From Verrucomicrobiota bacterium (GTDB lineage: Bacteria; Verrucomicrobiota; Verrucomicrobiia; Limisphaerales; AAA164-E04): a stretch of 64,000 nt of DNA. The notes under the pieces were generated by a model, which did not search any database, had not been told where the DNA came from, and saw nothing but the letters and a program-made list of their open reading frames with translations. The translations under genes and the position numbers were made by a program. The stretch lies in assembly GCA_047947115.1 (NCBI GenBank), contig CP170459.1, forward strand, positions 1,728,001 to 1,792,000, given 5' to 3'. Below, piece after piece: positions 1-11,171 of this stretch. Numbering within the stretch: position 1 is the stretch's first letter; each line of letters opens with the position of its first letter.

Positions 1-1
1 T

Positions 2-3000
2 GCATTTTCCGACGCGAGTATGGAAGCGCTCCAGGCGGACGAAGAGATTCTTTGGGTGGGGACGGACAAAGGGCTGGTAAAAATACATCAGGGAACACAG
101 CGGTTTTTTACGATGGACCATGGACTTCCGCACAACAAGGTTTTGGATTTGGCATTGGACTCCGACCGGCGTTTGTGGATTGGAACACAAAAGGGAGCCG
201 CCTACTTTGAAGGTGGACAATTGAATTCTTTTGGAGAGCATGGCGGATTGGGCGGGGTGACGGTCACGGCTGTTCACATTTCAAATGATCAGGTGAAATG
301 GTTTGGGACGAACAAGGGAGTGACACGTGTTGATGAACACACGGTGGAGCATTTCGGGGTTCGGGAGGGGATTTTGTCGCCAAGGGTGTACGATATTACG
401 TCTGATTCGGCAGGTAACATTTGGATCGCCACCTATGGGAATGCTTATCGGATTCGTCAAGGGCACGTAGAAGGACTGCATTCCAGTGCGGCTCAAAAAA
501 TGACTCAAGGGGTTGAGGCGATTCTGGTGGACAACAATCATACTGTGTGGTTCGCCACCGGCATCGGTGGCGTTCATCGGTATCAAGAGGACATCAAATC
601 CATCGGCAAGCTGAAGGGGATGCATGATCAATTTATATCCAACACCTATCTGGATAAAGACAATCGACTTTGGGTGGGAGGCATCAGCGGACTGGTAAGC
701 ATGTCCGGTTTGTTGGAAGATCCCCCCGCTCTTTCATCGTCCGCTTCAGAACGTTCACATATGGTGATCAGAAAGTACTCTGCCGCGGAAGGAGTTCCGG
801 GTAAATACATCAGTGTGATCGAGCCGGATGATGAGGGTGGGCTCTGGATTGCATCAGGTGGCATTTTTTCGAATTCAGAGGGCCTTTCAAGATATGATGG
901 GAGGCAATTCAAGCGTTTTACCACAAGGAACGGTCTTCCTAACAATAGAGTCCACACTATTCGTGCTTCCACTTCCGGCTTTCGATGGATTGCCACTCAG
1001 GAAGGTTTATTGCCCCTGACATCTGAATTGACCATTCCGGAAGTTTCGTTGCCGTTACATCTTTTCTCAGAATTTCTAGAAAAGCATTCCGCCAGTCCGA
1101 CGACTTATGATGTCCTGCAAGATACGGAGCATTCGTTATGGATCGCCACCCTGAACTCCGGGTTCGTGCGTGTGGATGGGGATCAAATCACTCGGTTTAC
1201 CATCAAGGATGGTCTGCCTTCGGACAATATCATGCGGATGGCGCAAGACCGACATGGACGGATATGGTTCGCCACTTTGAACGGGATGGCTGTATACGAC
1301 AATGGACAGATCAGATCTTTCGTTGGAGGGGCCGATCGATTTCCGGTGCATCGGTTTGAAGATGTCATTTGCGATTCAAACGGGACGGTCTGGTTCGCCT
1401 CATGGGGGAGCGGGGTGTTTGGTTTCGACGGGGATGCCTGGACACGATTGGACGAAAGCGATGGTATTGCGAACAACCGTGTTTTTGCCATCAACGAGGA
1501 TCATGAGGGTAGGTTGCACATATGCACCGCATCCGGATTGAGCACTTATCGGCGATCGGCTTCAAAGCCCAGTGTCATTCTCCGATCGCTCCAGACAGAC
1601 AGAGGTGAAGCTGTTGATGGAAAGCTTCCCGACATCCAGACCGCCTCACGTGTGACGCTCAAGTTCGGGAGCGTTGATTTCAAGACGCATCCGGATAAAC
1701 GTCAGTATCGCATTCGTATTTCAGAACCGGGACAGGACAGTGATTGGGGCAACCCTCAACATTTGGATACCTTTGAGTGGATTCCGGAACATCCTGGACC
1801 AGTCACCATCGAAGCGCAGGCCATTGACCGGGATCTGAATTATAGCGATCCCCTCAGTCTGACCATGAACGTGTTTGTTCCCTGGTATCGGAATGTCTGG
1901 GTGATTGGCCCTTTCCTTGCGGGCTTTTTGATCGTGTCGGGTTCGGCGTTTTCCTATGGGTGGCGGTATTACATGAATCGGCGTAATTCCAGAAAGCTGG
2001 AGCGTCAAACGCACCGCCTCAAAGAGAAGATGCTGCAGGAACAACAGCGTCAGAACAAGGCCTTGAGCGAGGCAAAGGAAGAGGCCGAACGCGCCAACAA
2101 GGCCAAGACCATCTTTCTGGCCAACATGAGTCATGAAATCCGCACGCCGATGAACGCTATTCTCGGTTACGCCCAGATTCTGTTGAGAGATCGTGGCTTG
2201 TCTGCCAAACAACATGGAGCGGTGCAAACAATGGCGGACAGCGGTAAACATCTGCTCAGACTGATCAATGACATCCTGGATCTTTCCAAGATCGAAGCGG
2301 ATCACGTCAAAGTGGAGTCTGCTGATTTTGATTTGAGATCCACAGTGGAGGGACTTTCAGCCATGTTTCGACCAAGATGTCAGTCGAAAGGTTTGGTCTG
2401 AAAAGTGAACTGGTGTTCTAATTCGGATCAACGCATGAACGGACCGATTCCCTTGTCGGGGGATGAGTCCAAACTGCGTCAGGTTTTAATCAACCTGGTA
2501 TCCAACGCCATCAAGTTCACCGATCATGGAAGTGTTGAACTAACCATCAGTCGGGCATCCGAAAATATGGATCCGAACATGGTAGGTTACCAGTTCAGTG
2601 TGAAGGACACAGGCTGCGGTATTTCCAACGCAGATCAATCATCCATCCTGACTCCTTTTCAACAAGGAACCAATGCGGCAGCGGTTGGAGGAACGGGGTT
2701 AGGGTTGGCGATAGTCCAACGTCATGTTGAATTGATGGGAGGTCGATTGACTTTTGAATCGGTGAAAGGCCAGGGATCACGTTTTGAGTTCAGCCTGGCC
2801 TTCTCCGCAGCCCAGACCGATACAAGTTTCTTTCGCAAGACGAACGAATTGTCGCCGGTTCCGATGCGATCGGAGAAATCCTTCAGGGCGTTGATCATTG
2901 ATGATGTTGCCGAGAACCGTGAAGTGTTGAGCCGGATTTTGAGCGACATGGGGGCGGAGGTTTCCACCGCTGAAAACGGGTTAATGGGGCTGGAGTTTCT

Positions 3001-3508
3001 GGAGACGGAATCGTTCGACGTTGTCTTTTTGGATATTCGCATGCCGGGTATGGACGGGTTTCAGGTGATCGATGAAATCAGGAGCCGACCCGAACCTGTC
3101 TCCCGATTGAAAACCATTGCCATTTCCGCTTCCACATTCAGCCATGACGAAGCCGCCTATCAGGAATCAGGATTTGATGCATTTATCTCCAAGCACTTTC
3201 TGATCGAAGATCTGATGACTTGCTTGAAGGCGCAATTGAATTTGAAGTTCATAGCGATCAGCGGACCAGATGAAAACCAATGGAGCGAAAGCCATCCACT
3301 TCCCGAGTTGCCAGACACCTTGTTGAGTGAACTCGGTGAAGCTGCTGAAACATATCAAACCACTGAACTCAAGGAACTACTTGAGGAAGTGCGAAAAGTA
3401 GGTCCCGAGGCCGCAGCATTTGCTGATTACCTCAATGAGCTGGCAGGCAACTTTAACATGAAACAATTTGTCACCATTTTGAAACGACACGACCATGAAT
3501 CCAACTGA
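2..3508 (+). pseudogene. Hybrid two-component sensor kinase (periplasmic beta-propeller/Y_Y_Y, TM, HisKA, HATPase, REC), 5'-truncated by the window edge and interrupted by one in-frame TGA at 2399-2401
   Basis: Repeated 'GLP.N.V..I..D..G.LW.GT' propeller blades, TM helix, H-box [17 protein letters not shown] 2405-3508 is in the same frame and supplies N/G1/G2 boxes (NLVSNAIKF, DTGCGI, GTGLGL) and REC (DD, FLDIRMP); frame is open from position 2. Confidence 0.9.
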
Positions 3509-5078
3509 GATCAACACTGAAGGAGCACGCATCCTCACTGTGGATGATGTCCCTGCCAATCTGCGTATATTGAGTGAAGCTCTTGAAAGCAAAGGCTATC
3601 GAATCCAGGCAGCCACCGATGGAGAAACCGCTATGAAAATTGTCGAAGCGGGCGCCCCTGAACTCATCCTGATGGATGTCATGATGCCCGGATGGAATGG
3701 ATACGAGACCTGCCGCCGGATCAAGGCCTTGCCTGGGATGGAAAACGTCCCGATATTGTTCATCACTGCACTCAATGAAACGGAAGATATAGTGGAAGGA
3801 TTTGAAGCGCGCGGGATTGATTATCTAAGCAAACCATTTTCCGAAGCCGAAGTACACGCGAGAGTGAACACACACTTGCGCGTCGGCCGTTTGACAAGGG
3901 CTTTGCAGGAGCGAAACATCGCACTTGAAAAAGCCATTCAGGAACGTAAACAAGCTGAACGCGCCACGGCGAACCTGACCCGTCAATTGGAAATCATCGC
4001 CGATCAGGATGCGGATTGCTGGGGCTATGCCGGAATCATCGGCGATAGTCAGCAATTTGCAGCCATTCTCAAGCAAGTGCAGTTGCTTCAAAAGTCCGAA
4101 CGCACCAGCACGTTGGTGACCGGTGAAAGCGGCACCGGCAAGGAAATGATTGCCCGTGCCATCCACCATGGCGGTGTGCGCTCCAAAGGGCCATTCATCG
4201 CAATGAATTGTTCTGCCATTCCCCGGGAACTCTTTGAATCCACATTGTTTGGACACATCAAAGGCGCATTCACAGGTGCGGCATCAGACAAGCAAGGACT
4301 CTTTGAAATGGCCAACCACGGAACGCTCTTTTTGGATGAAATTGGAGAGATGCCATTGGACCTTCAAGCCAAACTGTTGCGTGTGCTTGAAACAGGAGTT
4401 TTCACGCCGGTGGGAGCGAACGGCGAACGTCAGTCCGACGTACGCATCATCGCCGCAACACATGTCAATTTTGCCAAGCGCATTGAAGAGGGCACCTTCC
4501 GGGAAGATCTTTACTATCGACTGGCAAGGTTTGTGATTGAGCTTCCACCGTTGCGGGATCGGGCTGAAGATATCCCGCTACTTGCCGCGCATTTTGTCGA
4601 ACATTTCTCTGCCGGACTTGGATACGCCAACATCGTTCCCATTTCACGGGAAGCCTTGGAGCGCCTGACGCAACATTCCTTTCCCGGTAATATACGCGAA
4701 TTGAAAAACATCATTGAACGTGCCGTGCTGGAATCGGGTGGAGAACACATTTCCAGTGAGCACTTGCACTTCCTGACAATGCGTGCACCAAAAGACGCCG
4801 TGACAGTAAAGGAAACTCCCAAGGCATCCACTCCTGTCGATGCAGAAAAACTGATGAACAAGCGTTCATCCAGTTTCAGCGGAGAAAACTTGGAATCCGA
4901 CGAATCCCAAATCATGCAATATGTTCGCGAGCACGGCATGATTAACAACACCGACTGCCGCGAACTGCTGCAAGTCGATCGACACCGCGCAAATTATCTT
5001 CTTAAGAAATTGAATCAATACGATCTACTCCAAATTGTGGGCACCGGACGATGGGCGGTATATCGGCTCAATGAGTGA
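3495..5078 (+). CDS. Sigma-54-dependent response regulator (REC, coiled coil, AAA+, C-terminal HTH)
   Basis: REC (VDD, LMDVMMP), Walker A GESGTGKE, GAFTGA, FLDEIGE, FREDLYYRL, FPGNIREL. Confidence 0.95.
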   Translation: MNPTEINTEGARILTVDDVPANLRILSEALESKGYRIQAATDGETAMKIVEAGAPELILMDVMMPGWNGYETCRRIKALPGMENVPILFITALNETEDIVEGFEARGIDYLSKPFSEAEVHARVNTHLRVGRLTRALQERNIALEKAIQERKQAERATANLTRQLEIIADQDADCWGYAGIIGDSQQFAAILKQVQLLQKSERTSTLVTGESGTGKEMIARAIHHGGVRSKGPFIAMNCSAIPRELFESTLFGHIKGAFTGAASDKQGLFEMANHGTLFLDEIGEMPLDLQAKLLRVLETGVFTPVGANGERQSDVRIIAATHVNFAKRIEEGTFREDLYYRLARFVIELPPLRDRAEDIPLLAAHFVEHFSAGLGYANIVPISREALERLTQHSFPGNIRELKNIIERAVLESGGEHISSEHLHFLTMRAPKDAVTVKETPKASTPVDAEKLMNKRSSSFSGENLESDESQIMQYVREHGMINNTDCRELLQVDRHRANYLLKKLNQYDLLQIVGTGRWAVYRLNE

Positions 5079-5212
5079 TGGATTTCGAGGGTTGATAAAT
5101 TGTTGAGTGAATGAACATCAATCCACCTTCTGGCAAAGGCGGCTGCTTGGGGCGATGTGGCTGGCTTTTTTAATAGATAGAAATCTTCTCATCGCTTCCT
5201 CGAAAACAAGTC

Positions 5213-6556
5213 TCATTCATTCCCAAAGCAGTAAAGATGTTCGCTGCTCCGGATATAGATTCGGTTTCCAACAATCGCGGGTGAAGCCTGGAATCTGCCT
5301 TCGAGTTCATTGATGGCAAGGATGGTTGGTTCTGGACCTTTTTTGACAACGAATGTCCTTCCTTCTTCGCTGAGCAAATAGATGCGGTTTTTTGCGCCCA
5401 CAGGTGAGGCGCTGAAATTGGCGGGACTTGGCAGGCGGTGTTTCAGGTAATGTTGTTTTCCATCAATGGCTCGCAGGCTGGAGAAAAAGCTGTGGTCTTC
5501 AAGTAGGTAAATTTCATCTCCCCACACCATGGGGCAGGGGACGTAGGGGGCTCCGCGATCGAGTTTCCAGACAATGTGTTCGGTGTTGGTGAGATCTCCC
5601 CGTTGTCCGAGGCGGATGGCATGAACGGTGTCCTTGCGCCAGCCACTGGCTGCGAATGCGAGACCCAGACCAACGGCAGGCATGGGGACGGCACTCAGGC
5701 TTTGACCGGCACATTCCCACAGGGGTTCGCCTGATTGAAAATCATAACAGATGACCGGCGCCCCATTCACCAGGATCTGGGTGCGGTTCTCGTGGGTAAA
5801 GATTCTGGGGGTGCTCCAGTTCGAAACTTCGGCTCTTTTTGTTTTCCAGATTTCCTTTCCGGTGTGTTTGTCGATGGCGATGATGTAGGACTGTTGCTCC
5901 TGGTCGGCAACAATGATGAGGCGGTCGCCGTGCAGTGCAGGGGAGGTGCCTTCCCCAAGAGAATCTTCCATGGCTTGGGGTTTGAATGGTTTTTCCCAGA
6001 TTAAGTTTCCGTCGAAATCGAAACAATACAGTCCAAACGAACCGAAATAGGAGTAGAGATAGTTACCATCCGTGACCGGAGATTGCGACGCGAATCCACC
6101 TTTGCGATGATGTCCCTGATGCGGCATGCCTTCGAAGATGAACCGTCGCCAGAGTTCGCTTCCGGTGCTTCGGTCGATGCAAATGATGCCGATGCGTTGG
6201 GCTTTCCAAGTGGGTGAAACGTCCGGATGTTCCCCAATGTTGGGGGTGCCGAGTGGGATGACATCCGGGATGGGGAGTTTCTTTTCCATCGGAATGGCGG
6301 TGTGGAGGAAGATGTGATTACCCCAAACAATGGGCGTGCTCCAGCCTTGGCCTTCGATAGGGGTTTTCCAGATCAGATTCTTGCTTTCACTCCATTCGAC
6401 AGGAGGATCTCCTTGATCTGCGACACCATTCCAAAGTGGACCTCTCCACTGAGGCCAATAGGCGTCCGGATCGTCAGCTTGGAGGCTGCTGACAAGGAGC
6501 ATTCCCATCAGCCATAACAGTGTTCGTGTCATGTGGAGAAACCTATTTAGCGACAA
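5213..6556 (-). CDS. Secreted PQQ-like beta-propeller repeat protein (PVC BamB-like family)
   Basis: Signal peptide; WPQWRGP N-terminal motif; repeated STP/SP...G..IW blades; C-terminal ASPAI...IYIRS...LYCFG. Confidence 0.9.
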   Translation of the reverse strand: MSLNRFLHMTRTLLWLMGMLLVSSLQADDPDAYWPQWRGPLWNGVADQGDPPVEWSESKNLIWKTPIEGQGWSTPIVWGNHIFLHTAIPMEKKLPIPDVIPLGTPNIGEHPDVSPTWKAQRIGIICIDRSTGSELWRRFIFEGMPHQGHHRKGGFASQSPVTDGNYLYSYFGSFGLYCFDFDGNLIWEKPFKPQAMEDSLGEGTSPALHGDRLIIVADQEQQSYIIAIDKHTGKEIWKTKRAEVSNWSTPRIFTHENRTQILVNGAPVICYDFQSGEPLWECAGQSLSAVPMPAVGLGLAFAASGWRKDTVHAIRLGQRGDLTNTEHIVWKLDRGAPYVPCPMVWGDEIYLLEDHSFFSSLRAIDGKQHYLKHRLPSPANFSASPVGAKNRIYLLSEEGRTFVVKKGPEPTILAINELEGRFQASPAIVGNRIYIRSSEHLYCFGNE

Positions 6557-7026
6557 GCATCATTGCAATGACATTGTGGATTGCGTGTGTCTTGACACCG
6601 CTTTGGATATATCAGGGGAAAGTTATTGTTCTTTTGTGCCAGTTCCATTCCATTCCTATTACTCGCACACTTTGCCGTTTTTTTTAAAGTTCTCCCAAGG
6701 TTGAATGTGAGATTCGAGAGATGACAATCTCCTAATTTGTATAATTTAGGAGAATAGGATCACCTAAATTCATGATTTGGGTTGCTTTTAAGAAAGTGTG
6801 GCATCCAGCTCTAAGGTGATTGTCTTCGTTGCCACACACGAATCATGCTTTAATGCAAGTGTTGCCTTAAACCAAGGGATTGTTAAATTCTGTGAGCGAA
6901 CGGTAATCTCAGAAAGCTTTAATAGTCGTGACGGCTCCGAAACCTATTGTGTGGTGATATTCTTGAATAACTTGAAAATCTAAATGAGTGGTTGAATGAA
7001 CGGACAGGAGCTGATTTGTTAGAAGG

Positions 7027-8217
7027 ATGATCCGATTCATGATGATTTGTTGCATTGCCATCCTTTGTGAAAGAGGCAGGTACAACATGCGCGTGGTTCA
7101 GGCCGAGGAACCACCCTATCAGATCAAACAAATCCCGGGTGTCCGAAAAGAGGTGCTTCTTCCACCCGGTCCGGAGAATCCGCGCAATAGTGAAGGTGAC
7201 TTCATTGAACTGCGGGACGGGCGTGTGCTGTTTGTCTATACGCACTTCACAGGAGGGAGCAGTGACCATGCCTCCGCTTTTCTCGCAAGTCGCTCATCCA
7301 ATGACGGTGGACGAACCTGGTCCCGGGAGAATGATGTCGTTTTGTCCAATGAAGGCGGCTTTAACATCATGTCTGTTTCTTTGTTACGTTTGAACAATGG
7401 TGACATTGCCCTGTTTTATATTAGGAAAAACTCTCACAGAGACTGTCGTCCGCTGATGCGTGTTTCCAAAGATGAGGCGCAGAGCTGGAGCGAAGCGGTT
7501 GAAATCATCACCGATCAAATCGGGTATTATGTATTGAACAACGACCGGGTCGTGCAATTGAAGGATGGACGTTTGATTTGTCCGGTTGCCTTGCATCACC
7601 TGCCGGAATTTGAAAAACCGGATTGGCAGGGATTGTTGATGTGTTACCTGTCGGATGATCTCGGTAAGTCCTGGAATCGATGTGAGTCAGTTCTCAAAGG
7701 GGCTCGATCGGATGGTTCGCGCGTGACTTTGCAGGAACCGGGTGTGATTGAATTGAAGGATGGTCGCCTGATGATGTTTGCTCGCACCGATGGCGGTAGC
7801 CAATATTTAAGTTGGTCGTCAGACCGGGGGAAGACATGGTCACAGCCGACTGCAAGTAGCATTCGTTCACCACAATCACCTGCTACGATAGAACGAATTC
7901 CCGGCAGTTCGGATTTGTTGATGGTCTGGAACGATCATGCAGCCATTCCTGAATCTTTGAAAACCCGACGCACGCCATTCAGTGTGGCCTTGTCCCACGA
8001 TGATGGTAAAACGTGGACAAAAAGCATGTCACTGGAAGACGATCCCAATGGTTGGTATTGCTACACGGCTTTGGATTTTGTGGCTGATCGGGTTCTGTTG
8101 GGGCATTGCGCTGGGGGTCGACGCAATGGAGGTTTGAACAGTACGCAGATCACCAGCTTCGATGTGGCGTGGCTGTATGAAACTTTGGGAACGAAGAAGC
8201 ATGAAACGCACGAATAA
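7027..8217 (+). CDS. Sialidase-family (BNR/Asp-box) glycoside hydrolase
   Basis: Asp boxes SNDGGRTW, SKDEAQSW, SDDLGKSW, SSDRGKTW, SHDDGKTW; PRNSEG motif. Confidence 0.85.
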   Translation: MIRFMMICCIAILCERGRYNMRVVQAEEPPYQIKQIPGVRKEVLLPPGPENPRNSEGDFIELRDGRVLFVYTHFTGGSSDHASAFLASRSSNDGGRTWSRENDVVLSNEGGFNIMSVSLLRLNNGDIALFYIRKNSHRDCRPLMRVSKDEAQSWSEAVEIITDQIGYYVLNNDRVVQLKDGRLICPVALHHLPEFEKPDWQGLLMCYLSDDLGKSWNRCESVLKGARSDGSRVTLQEPGVIELKDGRLMMFARTDGGSQYLSWSSDRGKTWSQPTASSIRSPQSPATIERIPGSSDLLMVWNDHAAIPESLKTRRTPFSVALSHDDGKTWTKSMSLEDDPNGWYCYTALDFVADRVLLGHCAGGRRNGGLNSTQITSFDVAWLYETLGTKKHETHE

Positions 8218-9664
8218 TACTCTCCGGTCCATTTGGATGGCCGCTCTCAGCGGGGCCGCCTTGCTCTTGTCTGCCACCGGATATGCCAGGGCTGTTGGAG
8301 ATCGTCCCAATGTTGTTATCTTTTTTCTGGATGACAGCGGCTACGGTGATTACTCCCACAACGGCAACCCCACCATTCACACCCCCAACATCACCAAAAT
8401 GGTCCAGGAGGGCATGAATTTTTCCCAGTGCTACGTGACATCCCCTGCGTGCAGCGCTTCCCGATATTCGTTGTTGACCGGGCGGTATCCGATCCGGTCG
8501 GGACTGGGATCCTGGGTGATCGGACCAGGGGCGCCGCGTCATTTGCATCCGGAAGAATTTACTTTGGCCGAAGGATTGAAGCAACGTGGTTACAAAACCG
8601 GCATCTTTGGCAAGTGGCATCTGGGGAGTCCCAATGCAATGAATGAGTTCTCTGTGGATACGCTTCCGCTGGCCCATGGATTTGACGAGTGGTTTGGGAC
8701 GAATGTATCGCATGATTATGACGTGGCCATGTTGATACAGTCTGATTCGGAGGGGACAGATCCCGTTGCAGGTTACCGCGTGTTGACTCGAGATTTGCCG
8801 TCCAAGCATGATGTTTGCGCCTCCCTGACCGGTCGTTGCACCGACGCGGCGATTTCGTTTATTAAAAAAAGCGAAGACACCCCGTTCTTTGCCTACATTC
8901 CATTCAACATGCCTCACCTTGGGATTCATGCGAGCGAGGCCTTTGCGGGAACATCACGACGAGGTTTGTTGGGGGATGTCATGGCGGAGATTGACCACTC
9001 GGTGGGGCGCATACGCAGCTTGCTCGATGAAATGAAGTTGACCGACAACACTCTGATTGTTTTTTCATCGGACAATGGCCCTTGGATTCGATTTAACGAC
9101 ACTGCAGATCACCCGAAATACGGCGAAGCTCGCATGCACGTCGGCTATGCCATGCCGTTTCGGGATGGTAAAGGTTCCACATGGGAAGGTGGCCATCGAG
9201 TACCCGGCATCTTTTGTTGGCCGGGAACAATTCCTGCAGGTCAAATCGAACAAACTCCGATCAGCACCCTGGACCTATTGCCAACCATCTTTGCATTTGC
9301 CGGTGTCGACCTCCCTGGCGATCGGACCATTGATGGGCGCAATATCGGTTCCATGCTTTTGGTGAATTCCGCACAAAAAGCAGTCCCGCCATTCGAGTTT
9401 TTCTACTCATCATCCGACAACAATCCCTCCGCTGTTCGGATTGGACCATGGAAGATGCATGTTCGCATCTCCTCCCAAACCGGAAATCAATACGGCTTCA
9501 TAGCTTCACGTGAAACACCTCTGCTTTTCCAGGTGGAACAAGATCTGCCGGAACGCATTGACCGCGCCGGTGCACAAACTGAACAAATCCTTTCAATGAT
9601 GGCCAAGTTGAACGCCTTCGAAACGCAGGCCAGTGAAGAAGGCACCTTTTGGGATGAGAAGTGA
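8201..9664 (+). CDS. Arylsulfatase A-like formylglycine-dependent sulfatase
   Basis: Signal peptide, PNVVIFFLDD, CSASRYSLLTGR, GKWHLG, SDNG, GKGSTWEGG; ATG at 8201 overlaps the end of the sialidase gene. Confidence 0.95.
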   Translation: MKRTNNTLRSIWMAALSGAALLLSATGYARAVGDRPNVVIFFLDDSGYGDYSHNGNPTIHTPNITKMVQEGMNFSQCYVTSPACSASRYSLLTGRYPIRSGLGSWVIGPGAPRHLHPEEFTLAEGLKQRGYKTGIFGKWHLGSPNAMNEFSVDTLPLAHGFDEWFGTNVSHDYDVAMLIQSDSEGTDPVAGYRVLTRDLPSKHDVCASLTGRCTDAAISFIKKSEDTPFFAYIPFNMPHLGIHASEAFAGTSRRGLLGDVMAEIDHSVGRIRSLLDEMKLTDNTLIVFSSDNGPWIRFNDTADHPKYGEARMHVGYAMPFRDGKGSTWEGGHRVPGIFCWPGTIPAGQIEQTPISTLDLLPTIFAFAGVDLPGDRTIDGRNIGSMLLVNSAQKAVPPFEFFYSSSDNNPSAVRIGPWKMHVRISSQTGNQYGFIASRETPLLFQVEQDLPERIDRAGAQTEQILSMMAKLNAFETQASEEGTFWDEK

Positions 9665-9727
9665 AGTGTTGTTTGGTTCCTGATCGACCTTTGCGTTTCA
9701 TTTTGAAACGGCAAATTCACAAAAAAT

Positions 9728-9781
9728 GGGCCGGCCAAGCTGCAAGAGGCTTACTTACTTGCGTTTTGCTTTGACCGGCCC
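9728..9781. terminator. Possible hairpin/terminator between convergent genes
   Basis: GGGCCGG...CCGGCCC inverted repeat with an A-run on its left, between the sulfatase and TSP3 gene ends. Confidence 0.4.
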
Positions 9782-9816
9782 GGTTTGGGATCATATCCCG
9801 ACCCATGATTCAGGTA

Positions 9817-10996
9817 TTATTTTTTACCTTTGGAAAGGATGTGAATGTTGTCAGCGCCGAGGGTCTGCTTTCCATCCAGTGTCCATCCATCCAAGTATAC
9901 CTGGATACATTCTCCGTCTTCAAGGGGGCGATCCAACATGGTTTCCAATGCGGAAAGCACTTCTTGCTTGTCGAAGTGCATGACCAGGTCTGTTGTGTCA
10001 TCCGATGAAGAACTCAGGCAATCGAGACAATCCATTGGCGGAATGGCTGGGAAATAGGGGGATGTCACATCCGCATAGCCTGTTCGCAAAGGCGCAACTG
10101 CCGCCAGGTTCAGTGAATCCAAATCCACTTCAGCTACAGAAAAGGAATCCGTTCCGGCAATGGCCACAGGGAGAACGCCGCGACTGCGGGTGTTTACAGG
10201 GTTCGGGCATGAAGGCGGCTTGATGTCCAATGCAATATTGATCGCATCACAAGCATCCCCGATTCCATCACCGTCACTGTCAGCTTGATCGGCATTGGCG
10301 GTGAATGGGCAGTTGTCAAGCGGGTCCGGGACACCATCCTCATCCTGATCTGCAAACTGGTCGGTGTCCAGAAAGACATAATCGACTGCCAGAAAGGGTT
10401 CGTTGGGTGCATCGATCTGCACGACCACTTCACCGTCCAGCATATCTACCCAGGTGACTGTTGCAAATGCGCTTTGAATCAGTCCGTCATCAGCTCTGGT
10501 CTGCGCTGTCAGTGGAACGCTGACACCCTCCACAATGAGTTGTGCCGGAATAACATCGTAATCCCCAAAAACGAAATTGATGAAATGATCCACGCCGTAG
10601 TCAATATCACCCAATACCGGTAGTGGGAAATTAAACGTGAAGCTTCTCAGATGTGAAGCGCCGGCGCCTTCCATGGCGATGTCTGTCCATTCCGCACCAT
10701 TGGTGGCCGAGAGTTCAGTGGCATCACGGTTGTCAAACGAATCACCACGGTTGACTGCGGTGATGCCGTCTTGATTCCGGTCCGGAAGGAACTCTCCGAC
10801 TTCAAGTAATCCGTCGCCATCCGTATCGGCGGGGGAGCCGTTTGCGGCAACGAGGCCGACTGTGGATGAAAACCCGAATCCATCAACATCGCCGATCAGG
10901 CTGTTGACGGCCTTGGTTTGGTAAGTGGTGAGCGCTGCGAAAACGCAGCCGAGTACGAGTGCGTGTCTGTTATTATAACGTTTCGTTGATTCTCAT
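9817..10996 (-). pseudogene. Secreted Ca-binding protein with thrombospondin type-3 repeats; start codon is out of frame by 1 nt
   Basis: [33 protein letters not shown] repeats; the frame stays open ~105 codons upstream of 10674 (signal-like [23 protein letters not shown]) with no in-frame start; ATG at 10996 is shifted by one base. Confidence 0.75.
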
Positions 10997-11026
10997 TTTG
11001 GTGACAAGATTGTCAATTGATGGAAG

Positions 11027-11043
11027 AGCAAACTCGATGCCAA
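11027..11043 (-). promoter_or_regulatory. Sigma-54 (-24/-12) promoter
   Basis: TTGGCATCGAGTTTGCT on the minus strand (GG-N10-GC), 30 nt upstream of the ATG at 10996. Confidence 0.65.
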
Positions 11044-11171
11044 CGCAAAAATGAGAAATTATCATCAGGAAGATAAAAGGTTAAAATCATTGAAAATCCG
11101 CCAAGCGTTTGTTACAGTCGTTTTCTTCTCTTCAAGAAGACCAAGGAGTAAAAATACAACCAACAGAAAAA

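Noticed and set aside
2399..2401. Selenocysteine or UGA=Trp recoding in the kinase
   Set aside because: Not a Cys/redox position and no convincing SECIS; many genes in the window end normally at TGA, so the code is standard
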